NCBI GenBank assembly: GCA_965208125.1
Contig: OZ242320.1
Span: 4,864,001 to 4,928,000 of the forward strand
Direction: 5' to 3'
DNA from: Candidatus Latescibacterota bacterium
GTDB lineage: Bacteria > Latescibacterota > UBA2968
Length of the DNA: 64,000 nucleotides
Of the stretch, positions 19,052-27,049 are shown one piece after another. The notes under the pieces were generated by a model. It was given only the letters and a program-made list of their open reading frames with translations. It was not told the origin of the DNA and did no database searches. Position numbers and translations under genes: made by a program. Position 1 is the stretch's first letter. Each line of letters begins with the position of its first letter.

Positions 19052-19882
19052 TCAGGGGCACTCGCCGCGTGTGAGTCTGCTCTGGATGTCGTCTAATACA
19101 GCCGGCACGTCCCAGATGCCATCGACGACATAGTGTGCACCTGCCTGGTGCATGCGCTGATATACAGTCTCGAGTTGTGTTTGCAGGACTTCGGGATCAA
19201 GGCTATTGATTTCTTCTTCGTTTAGACCGATTTCATTTCCTGTTTTTGCAAGGCCAATAGTCCACATACCGGCATTGAGGCCCTCTTCGATACCGGGGAT
19301 CGTGTCATCGACTTTAACACAGGCTGCAAAGGGGTACACGCCCAGTTGCAGGGCATTTTGGACACACATCCAGGGGGCTGGGCGGCCTTCGGGGACGTCG
19401 GTCGCACATACGGTTGCGTCGGGTTCGTAACCTCGTTTTTTGGCTTCTTCCTGCAATAGTGCCATCATTTCGCCTGTATATCCAGTAGTTGATCCTATTT
19501 TTAATCCGCGCTTGCGAAACTCGGCAACTGCTTCCAGTGTACCGGGAATCAAGTCGGCGTATTCAGCCAGACAACTCAGTTGCAAGGGCACAAATGCTTC
19601 AAACATCTCATCAATATCCGATTCCTCCGGTGGTCGATTGTAGGTATCTTCCCAGCGCTGGTGTACAGATTCGATTTGAGATATCTTTCGGATGTGGACT
19701 TTTTTATGCGCTCCCATTGGCGCGCGCGCCTCGGCCATGCTGATAGGCACTCGCATGCGTTCGTACACCTGGCGGAAGACCACAGCCGGCGCGTAACATC
19801 CGTAATCCATCGTGGTTCCCGCCCAATCTAAAAAAATGGCTTTTAGCGCACCGCGATATGTACGTCGAAAATTAAAATCCAT
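19052..19882 (-). CDS. phnX: Phosphonoacetaldehyde hydrolase (phosphonatase)
   Basis: HAD motif DWAGTTMDYG, Schiff-base Lys region PMGAHKKVHI, STTGYT, GRPAPWM, KVDDT..GIEEGLNAGMW. Confidence 0.95.
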   Translation of the reverse strand: MDFNFRRTYRGALKAIFLDWAGTTMDYGCYAPAVVFRQVYERMRVPISMAEARAPMGAHKKVHIRKISQIESVHQRWEDTYNRPPEESDIDEMFEAFVPLQLSCLAEYADLIPGTLEAVAEFRKRGLKIGSTTGYTGEMMALLQEEAKKRGYEPDATVCATDVPEGRPAPWMCVQNALQLGVYPFAACVKVDDTIPGIEEGLNAGMWTIGLAKTGNEIGLNEEEINSLDPEVLQTQLETVYQRMHQAGAHYVVDGIWDVPAVLDDIQSRLTRGECP

Positions 19883-19914
19883 TTTCTGTCCTTTCTGATT
19901 TATTGGCGAAATGA

Positions 19915-21063
19915 GTGAATCGTCTCGTGAAACAGATTACCTGCATGGCACCCGGGGCTATTGAGACTGTGCCGTCTTTGTTAGATGACAGAGCCGTGCG
20001 GTCTGTTTTTGTGGTGGCTGATCGCACAGCCTACGATAAATCCGGTGCAAAAATATATCTGAAATCCGCATTACAGGGGCGCATCCATACCATCTTTGAT
20101 GATTTTGCACCTAATCCCAAATACGCCGATGTGATACGCGGTGTCAAATTATGGCACGCACATCCATGTGATATGATGATTGCCATAGGTGGCGGATCTG
20201 CAATTGATTTGGCCAAGCTCATTGGCATTTGCGGTACACATCGCGGGCAATACCGCGAACTTCTTACAGGGAATATACCGATTCGGGATAAGGTCGCACC
20301 ATTAATCGCCATTCCCACCACAGCGGGTACGGGGAGTGAAGCGACACATTTTGCTGTGGTTTATGTCGAGGAACAAAAATATTCCGTTGCACACGCCAAT
20401 GTGTTGCCCGACTACGCAATTATCGATCCCAATCTAACGGCCAATTTGCCACCTTCTATTACCGCACATACTGGCCTGGACGCACTGTCACAGGCTGTTG
20501 AATCTTTGTGGAGTGTGAATGCAACCGCGCAATCGCGTGTTTTTGCAAGCGAGGCTCTGGAACTGGTGCTCGATAATCTCGAGGCCGCTGTTCACCATCC
20601 CACGCCCGATGTACGCGCTAATATGTGTCGCGCAGCCCATCTATCTGGCAAAGCGATCAATATCAGCAAGACCACAGCGCCTCACGCGATTTCCTATACG
20701 CTCACATCTCAATTTGGCGTGCCTCACGGTTTGGCTGTGGCTCTGACATTGGGTGCCCTTTTAATATACAACAATGGGGTAGTCAGTGGTGATTGTTGGC
20801 ATCCCAAAGGTGTTGCTCAAGTTCAGAAAGACATCAGAGAGATCAACAGGCTGATAGGGGTTGAGAACTCTGAAGAAGCGAGAAAACACATTGATGATCT
20901 CATCAGCGCCATTGGTTGTCCGACCCATCTGCGACAGGTCGGTGTGGCTACCGATGCAGATCTGGAAATACTTGTGCAGAATGTCAATACGGAACGTCTA
21001 AAAAACAATCCCCGCGCCCTGTCGCAGTTTGAGCTAAGATGGATACTCAAAGAAATCCATTAG
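19915..21063 (+). CDS. Iron-containing alcohol dehydrogenase, phosphonoacetaldehyde reductase (PhpC/FomC-like) type
   Basis: PNP, GGGSAIDLAK, PTTAGTGSEATHFAVVY, DALSQAVESLWS, AINISKTTAPHAISY, VPHG, ERLKNNPR; start GTG 19915 or 19927. Confidence 0.85.
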   Translation: MNRLVKQITCMAPGAIETVPSLLDDRAVRSVFVVADRTAYDKSGAKIYLKSALQGRIHTIFDDFAPNPKYADVIRGVKLWHAHPCDMMIAIGGGSAIDLAKLIGICGTHRGQYRELLTGNIPIRDKVAPLIAIPTTAGTGSEATHFAVVYVEEQKYSVAHANVLPDYAIIDPNLTANLPPSITAHTGLDALSQAVESLWSVNATAQSRVFASEALELVLDNLEAAVHHPTPDVRANMCRAAHLSGKAINISKTTAPHAISYTLTSQFGVPHGLAVALTLGALLIYNNGVVSGDCWHPKGVAQVQKDIREINRLIGVENSEEARKHIDDLISAIGCPTHLRQVGVATDADLEILVQNVNTERLKNNPRALSQFELRWILKEIH

Positions 21064-21152
21064 AGGTATTATGGCAGAGGCTTTAAGAGAGGTCGAGACA
21101 GCACGCGATCGCCCAGATACGGTCACTCCGAGCAGTGGGTAAGATACGCTTT

Positions 21153-22556
21153 TTAGACAGTAAATTCTGGCCGGCCGAGAGCGTCAGTGGAGTTTTGTCG
21201 CTGGTAGATGGGGATCTCACCGCCAGCGTCTTCGAGAATACGGTGTTTTGCCCGTTTGATTCTATCTGCTGCTCTTTCGGCAATGTTCTGGGTGCAGTCC
21301 GGGTCTGATTCCAGGTCGAAGACGCGTGGACCAGAAAAGTCCCCCTGAGAAAAGAACCATGTGGTATTGTCTTTGTACCAGACGGAATTGCCGTATCGGC
21401 ATGTTAGATAGTCTCGCTCGCTGAAGGTTCCCGAGGATTCAACGATGGGTAGCAGGCTCTGTCCGTCGATTTGTCCAATCGGTGAGACGCCGGAAATGTC
21501 GAGCACTGTTGCGGGTATATCGAGGGTATAGACAAAGGCGTCGGATATGCTTCCGACGCCTTTGTTTTGTGGGTGTCGCAAGATCATCGGGATGCACATG
21601 GTACCCGGATACATGTAGTCTGCGGGTTTGCCAATTATGCCTTCGGCATTGTCGGCGAAATTTGTGCCGTGGTCGCTCAGAAAAATGACCATGGTATTGT
21701 CGTGCAATCCCACTCTGTCGATTGTATCGACCAGCCGTCCAAACCAGGTATCCACCATTGTGACGAGTCCGGCGTAGTTGGCGCGAATAGAAGCGAGTCG
21801 ATCTTCGTAGTCGGGATTGGCGCTCAAGGGACCATAAGGTACATTGAGACAGATGGGTACTCTATCTTCGCGGCTACCATACAGATCGTAGTAGTGGAGC
21901 GGTGCTTCCCATGTTTCGTGGGGGGTGAAGCTATCGACGTAGAGATAAAAGGGTGCGTTTGAAGCGTTTTGCTCCAGAAACTCAATGGCAGCGCGAAACG
22001 TCCGCGCAGCGGGCCAGGTCTCTTCGGGACGCTGGGGTTGCACATTGACCAGGTGGGCGCGGATCAGATTCTGAGGCTGTCCTTCTCTGAGTTTATAGCA
22101 TTCGATCAATGCCGGGTCTGCTGCGGCTATGGCGCGATAGCGGTCCTCTGCCTGGCCGCGAATGAATTGCCATTGGCGGAAGCCCCGGATAAAATTCATT
22201 CCAGGGACAAAGTAATGGGGGACATCGGCAAAGAAACCGGTGTGATAACCAGCCTGGACCAGTGCTTCGGCGATTGTACCCTCATCACCCGACATGGGCT
22301 GCCATCCGGCGAGATAGACATTATCCCAGGGAACGGGACTATAGTCTTTGAAGGGGAAGGCTCTGCGACCGGTGTGAAGGGTTCGCCGCGTCGGAATGGT
22401 GGGCAGGCACTCGGGATGGGCATTGGTGAAGCGCACGCCCTCTTCGGCAAATTGGTCGAGGTTTGGCGTGTGGATCCAGTCGTTTCCATAAGCGCCCAGG
22501 AATGAGGTGCGAAACGTATCGGCCACTATAACGACGATGTTCATAGGGTCTGACAT
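21153..22556 (-). CDS. Sulfatase-fold (alkaline phosphatase superfamily) hydrolase with Thr at the nucleophile position
   Basis: NIVVIVADTFR, TPNLD, PTIPTRRTLHTGR, PHE.W, SDHG. Confidence 0.85.
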   Translation of the reverse strand: MSDPMNIVVIVADTFRTSFLGAYGNDWIHTPNLDQFAEEGVRFTNAHPECLPTIPTRRTLHTGRRAFPFKDYSPVPWDNVYLAGWQPMSGDEGTIAEALVQAGYHTGFFADVPHYFVPGMNFIRGFRQWQFIRGQAEDRYRAIAAADPALIECYKLREGQPQNLIRAHLVNVQPQRPEETWPAARTFRAAIEFLEQNASNAPFYLYVDSFTPHETWEAPLHYYDLYGSREDRVPICLNVPYGPLSANPDYEDRLASIRANYAGLVTMVDTWFGRLVDTIDRVGLHDNTMVIFLSDHGTNFADNAEGIIGKPADYMYPGTMCIPMILRHPQNKGVGSISDAFVYTLDIPATVLDISGVSPIGQIDGQSLLPIVESSGTFSERDYLTCRYGNSVWYKDNTTWFFSQGDFSGPRVFDLESDPDCTQNIAERAADRIKRAKHRILEDAGGEIPIYQRQNSTDALGRPEFTV

Positions 22557-22625
22557 TGGGATCTCCTTTGAGAAAAGCAGTGTGTAAGTGTATTAAAACT
22601 ATATTTATCCAAGAGTATTTTATAG

Positions 22626-23648
22626 CTATTCATTTCCCCAGGGGTATGATTCCACTCGTAGAGATCGATCCACATCTGACAAAGCGATTTTCGCCCCCCC
22701 TTGCTTCGAGGAGTGATGGATGGCAAATCCTATCTCTGTGGCCCTGCGTGCATGATTGATGTCACAGGCCGTGCGATCACCCGTTTCGATAGCTTGCACG
22801 AGGTCGCGCACCATTGCAGGTCCCGTCGGCCACGGGTCTTTGTCTGTAGGAAGACTGAGGGACTGGTAAGTATCTTCTCGGCAGAGATGGGCGTGCGTTG
22901 CGTCAGAGAGGATGGATAGATGCCCTTTTTTTCCTGTGATTTGAAAACTGGGACCTTTGCCGCCATCCATTGTGATGTAGGCGACTACGCCGTTATCCAG
23001 ACCAATTTGAGCACGCGCAGGTGGGTCGAGTTTGCGGCGTTCATCGTCTGAATCGCCGTGGTCAATCAAGCCACTGACCCATAGGGGTTCAGGATCGCCC
23101 AATAAGCCCAGCAAGGCGTCGTACCAATGACAACCGTGGTTGATTGTGTTGGGCAGGCCATAAGCGACGAGACTCGTGATGGTTCCAATGAGATCACTCT
23201 TGTTCTCGCGAAGGTGGCGATAGGGGAGAGACCAGCGCCGGTCAAGGCCAAAGCAGAGGGGGATATCTGTACACGCAGATATAATGCGATCCATCTCTGC
23301 AAGGGTGGTTGTCAGGGGTTTGTCGCAGAGGATGCCCCGAACGCGTGCTGCGGCAGCGGCCTCGATCTGATCTGCGTGCATGGTCTGGCGCGTGGCAATG
23401 CAGAGTACATCCGGTTTGATCTCTTTGAGCATGTGTTCATAGTCACCAAAGGTTGGGATATCGCCCCAAACATCCCGCCAGCAGGTGACAAATTCCGCTC
23501 GCGTTTCCGCGCCGTAATCGAATACACCAACGATCTCAGTTTCCGGAATGGCTCGAAAAGCCGCGGCAAAATTGTGATGGGTCAAATCGTGTAGCAACAT
23601 GCGGTGGCAACCCGCAACAGCGACCCTCAGTGTGTTTTCTTTGGCCAT
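22626..23648 (-). CDS. Gfo/Idh/MocA family oxidoreductase
   Basis: VAVAGC, IATRQTMH, CDKPL, HGCHWYD; ATG 23648 with AGGAGG RBS. Confidence 0.85.
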   Translation of the reverse strand: MAKENTLRVAVAGCHRMLLHDLTHHNFAAAFRAIPETEIVGVFDYGAETRAEFVTCWRDVWGDIPTFGDYEHMLKEIKPDVLCIATRQTMHADQIEAAAAARVRGILCDKPLTTTLAEMDRIISACTDIPLCFGLDRRWSLPYRHLRENKSDLIGTITSLVAYGLPNTINHGCHWYDALLGLLGDPEPLWVSGLIDHGDSDDERRKLDPPARAQIGLDNGVVAYITMDGGKGPSFQITGKKGHLSILSDATHAHLCREDTYQSLSLPTDKDPWPTGPAMVRDLVQAIETGDRTACDINHARRATEIGFAIHHSSKQGGAKIALSDVDRSLRVESYPWGNE

Positions 23649-23835
23649 CTCTATGGTCCTCCTGTAAACTATTTTGATTATTGAAACCCAAAGTAACATA
23701 TCCAGCGACAAGAGTAAAGAACTGAAACACTGCGAATGTCCAAACGAGATTCAAGACTTGCCCTACCTATGATTTTGCTTATTTTTTTATACAATATATT
23801 TCAGAAGCAATCACCTCAATATTTGGAGTATTAAT

Positions 23836-24276
23836 ATGGCGATTAAACAGCTTGAACCCGGAGAAGCAAAAGCCGCGATGGATGAGACGGAAAATTCGAT
23901 TTATCTCGATGTGCGCACGGAAATGGAGTTTGCCCAGGGGCATCCCGAAGGCGCTATCAATATCCCTATTGCGGTCCCCGGCCCAGCGGGCATGGTGCCA
24001 AATCCCGATTTTTTGAATATTGTGCAAAAAACACTACCCGATAAAGAACAGCCCATTTTTTGTGGGTGTCAGAGTGGAATGCGTTCCCAGATGGCCGCGG
24101 ACTTGATGGCGCGGTTGGGGTATTCGAACCTGGCCAATGTTCAAGGAGGCTTTGGTGGAAAAGTCGAAAATGGCGTTCTCGTAGTGGTAGGATGGCGCGA
24201 TTCTAATTTGCCTGTCGAAACCGTTGTCAATGATTCCAATTCTTATGCGAGTATTAAGGCGCGGGCAGAGTCATAG
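23836..24276 (+). CDS. Rhodanese-like domain protein
   Basis: LDVRTEMEFAQGHPEGAINIP, active-site loop CQSGMRS, VQGG. Confidence 0.9.
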   Translation: MAIKQLEPGEAKAAMDETENSIYLDVRTEMEFAQGHPEGAINIPIAVPGPAGMVPNPDFLNIVQKTLPDKEQPIFCGCQSGMRSQMAADLMARLGYSNLANVQGGFGGKVENGVLVVVGWRDSNLPVETVVNDSNSYASIKARAES

Positions 24277-24300
24277 CTCGATTATTTCATTTGAAGTAGA

Positions 24301-25386
24301 ATGGAATATAATTCTACTTTTATTTTGTGGCAGAGGCATTTACGGGTGATTAAAGCAAAAAATAAAAAAGCGCCTGAAGCATTTGTTGACATGGCAAATG
24401 TACAGATCGGTAGCCGGGTTCTGGATCTCGGCTGGGAGGGAGATTGTCTCGAATGCTTACAAAAAACAGGTGCTCGGGTGACTTTTGTAGGGGAGGATAT
24501 TCGCGCTGTGCAAAAGGCAGAAGTGCTTCGGATAAACGGGGTGCTCAGTGCAATGCCAGCACAGGTGATTTCCGACGTACGTGTCGTATTTTACAAACCC
24601 GCACAGAGATCTGCCAAAGGTCAGGTATTTGAATGGATTGATCAGGGCTTTCAGGTGCTTGAAATGGGTGGCGCGCTTTATCTGGCAGGTCAGCGAAATC
24701 GCGGCATTAGAAGTTATGCCGCATATTTACAGGCGGTTTTTGGCAATAGCAAACGCGCAGGACGCGTGGGCAGAGTGGAAATTTATAGCGCAAAAAAAGA
24801 GCAGGACGATCCTTGCCAGGCACCGGTTGACAATCGAATGACATTTGAATTGCCCGATTTGCCGGGCAGTCCATACAGCGTTGAAACCCGTGCGGGCGTT
24901 TTTTCACGAGATGGACTCGATAACGGGACGAGATTGCTGATCGACTGTATGGAAGTTCGATCCGCCGACCATGTACTGGACTGGGGATGTGGCTGGGGCG
25001 CACTCGGTATGGTTGCTGCGCGTCTATCTGTAAAAGGCAATGCAACGCTCGTCGATTCGAATATTCGCGCTGTTTCCTGCGCGGAGGAAAATTTGAGGCG
25101 AAATCGGATTTGCAATGCGGTAGCCCGTGTGGGAGATGCTCGCATTTGGGATCGGCGCGAGAAATTCGATCTGATTGTTTCCAACCCGCCCTTCCACGAT
25201 GGCAATACTGCGGCACACCCCCTTATTGAGGGTGCTTTGGGGGCACTGAGACCAGGAGGGCGTTTGATGCTTGTTGTGATGCGTCCAGCAGCGTATTTGA
25301 AACACATTCGCAGGGTTTTTGGACAGGGGAAGATCATGGCGCAAAAAAACGGGTATGTCGTTCTTGAGACCCATATTGGGAACTAA
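24301..25386 (+). CDS. RsmC-like class I SAM-dependent rRNA methyltransferase
   Basis: GVFSRDGLDNGTRLL, LDWGCGWG, SNPPFH; degenerate N-terminal MTase domain; start uncertain. Confidence 0.8.
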   Translation: MEYNSTFILWQRHLRVIKAKNKKAPEAFVDMANVQIGSRVLDLGWEGDCLECLQKTGARVTFVGEDIRAVQKAEVLRINGVLSAMPAQVISDVRVVFYKPAQRSAKGQVFEWIDQGFQVLEMGGALYLAGQRNRGIRSYAAYLQAVFGNSKRAGRVGRVEIYSAKKEQDDPCQAPVDNRMTFELPDLPGSPYSVETRAGVFSRDGLDNGTRLLIDCMEVRSADHVLDWGCGWGALGMVAARLSVKGNATLVDSNIRAVSCAEENLRRNRICNAVARVGDARIWDRREKFDLIVSNPPFHDGNTAAHPLIEGALGALRPGGRLMLVVMRPAAYLKHIRRVFGQGKIMAQKNGYVVLETHIGN

Positions 25387-25438
25387 TGTATCACACAGGC
25401 GTTTATCGCAATGAAGTATAAGGTCTGATAGTTGGTCA

Positions 25439-25508
25439 CGGGTTTCCGCAAGTGATTGGTCTGGTCCCCTCCCACCAGATTGAGCGTCTCGCGGAAGCCC
25501 GCTTTTTT
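25439..25508 (+). terminator. Long hairpin terminator downstream of the RsmC-like gene
   Basis: CGGGTTTCCGC...GCGGAAGCCCG outer stem, TCTGGT/ACCAGA inner stem, T6 tail. Confidence 0.6.
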
Positions 25509-25558
25509 GTGGTTGACACATCCATTTTCAGAGCGTTAATTCTCTCCCGCCAAAAGGC

Positions 25559-25587
25559 TTGACAGCCCTGAACTCCGGTTGTATTCT
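25559..25587 (+). promoter_or_regulatory. sigma70-type promoter of the second molybdoenzyme operon
   Basis: TTGACA (25559-25564), 17-nt spacer, TATTCT (25582-25587). Confidence 0.6.
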
Positions 25588-25677
25588 TAACTTCTTAGAA
25601 AAATTCAAAAGCATCCGCAGATGGATGGGTAATGAACGCAGACAAAATCTGTGGTTTTAATAAAGAGGAGGAAAATT

Positions 25678-26553
25678 TTGAACGCATTTGATTATGAAGC
25701 ACCCCAGTCTGTAGATGAGGCTATTTCTCTGCTCAGCGAGGGAAATGGCAATGTCGGCATTCTGGCGGGCGGTACGGACTTGATCGCGCAGTTGAAGGAG
25801 GGTCGCAAGATCGATTTGATGCTCGATCTCAAGCGGATCCCCGAAGCAACTGCGTTGAGTTTTGATGAGGACAGCGGTTTGAGTATTGGCGCGGCAACAC
25901 CGTGTTCCCAAATTTACGGTTACGATGTTGTCCAAAGCCGTTATCCCGCGCTTGTAGATTGTACTTCGCTCATCGGTTCTATTCAGATTCAAAATCGCGG
26001 ATCTATTGGGGGCAATTTCTGCAATGCCTCGCCTGCAGCGGACACCCCACCTGCTGTTATTGTTCTGGGTAGCACATGTCGTATTGCGGGGCCAAATGGC
26101 ACGCGTGAAGTAGCCGCAGAAGATTTCTTTACCGGTCCCGGACAAAGTGTTCTTCAATCCGGTGAGTTTCTCATTTCTATTCACGTGCCAACTCCTGCTG
26201 CCAATTCGGGAGCGTTTTTCCTGCGATTTATTCCGCGCAATGAAATGGATATCGCAGTCGCCAATGCTGCGGCATCTGTGGTTTTGGACAGCGAGAAAAC
26301 GACCATTCAAGAGGCGCGGGTGTCAATTGGAGCTGTCGCCCCCACCCCCTTGCTCGTTGCCGATGCGGGCGCAGCACTTGAGGGGAAATCGGTGGATGAT
26401 GAAGACGCTATAGAAGCGGCGTGCGCGGCATCGCGCGCAGCAGCCAGGCCAATTAGCGATATGCGAGGTACTATCGAACAGCGGGTTCACCTGTCCGGCG
26501 TTTTGACGCGCCGCGCCATTCAGGGAGCCATTCAGAGAGCAAAGGAGTCTTAA
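25678..26553 (+). CDS. Xanthine-dehydrogenase/CoxM-like FAD-binding subunit
   Basis: LAGGTDL, IQNRGSIGGNFCNASPAAD, PISDMRG; TTG start after AGAGGAGG. Confidence 0.92.
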   Translation: MNAFDYEAPQSVDEAISLLSEGNGNVGILAGGTDLIAQLKEGRKIDLMLDLKRIPEATALSFDEDSGLSIGAATPCSQIYGYDVVQSRYPALVDCTSLIGSIQIQNRGSIGGNFCNASPAADTPPAVIVLGSTCRIAGPNGTREVAAEDFFTGPGQSVLQSGEFLISIHVPTPAANSGAFFLRFIPRNEMDIAVANAAASVVLDSEKTTIQEARVSIGAVAPTPLLVADAGAALEGKSVDDEDAIEAACAASRAAARPISDMRGTIEQRVHLSGVLTRRAIQGAIQRAKES

Positions 26554-26557
26554 TCGC

Positions 26558-27034
26558 ATGCCAGGAAAAGTTCACGTTACAACGACAATTAATGGAGAAT
26601 CGGTCGAGTTTTTGTGCGAACCTCGGCAGACAATTCTCGAAGTTTTGCGGGATCAACTCGATCTTACGGGCACGAAAGAGGGTTGCAGCAATGGCAACTG
26701 CGGCGCGTGTAGCATACTGGTCAATGGAGAGGTTATCGATGCCTGCCTGATGATGGGTGCCGAAGCCGAGGGACAGGAAATTACGACTATCGAAGGTGTT
26801 GCAAGTGCCGATGGTTTGCATCCTCTTCAGCAGAAATTTCTCGAACACGCAGCCCTTCAGTGCGGCATTTGCACACCGGGCTTTATTGTGGCCGCCAAGG
26901 CATTGCTCGATCAAGAGTCTAATCCTTCGGAAGAACGCATTCGGTTATACTTAGCGGGGAATTTGTGCCGTTGTACGGGGTATGACAAAATCGTTCGCGC
27001 GGTGCAAGACGCCGCGTCTGAAATGACCGAATAG
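26558..27034 (+). CDS. CoxS-like 2x[2Fe-2S] subunit
   Basis: GCSNGNCGACS, QCGICTPG, GNLCRCTGY; no Tat signal. Confidence 0.93.
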   Translation: MPGKVHVTTTINGESVEFLCEPRQTILEVLRDQLDLTGTKEGCSNGNCGACSILVNGEVIDACLMMGAEAEGQEITTIEGVASADGLHPLQQKFLEHAALQCGICTPGFIVAAKALLDQESNPSEERIRLYLAGNLCRCTGYDKIVRAVQDAASEMTE

Positions 27035-27049
27035 GGAGGTGATCCCATA

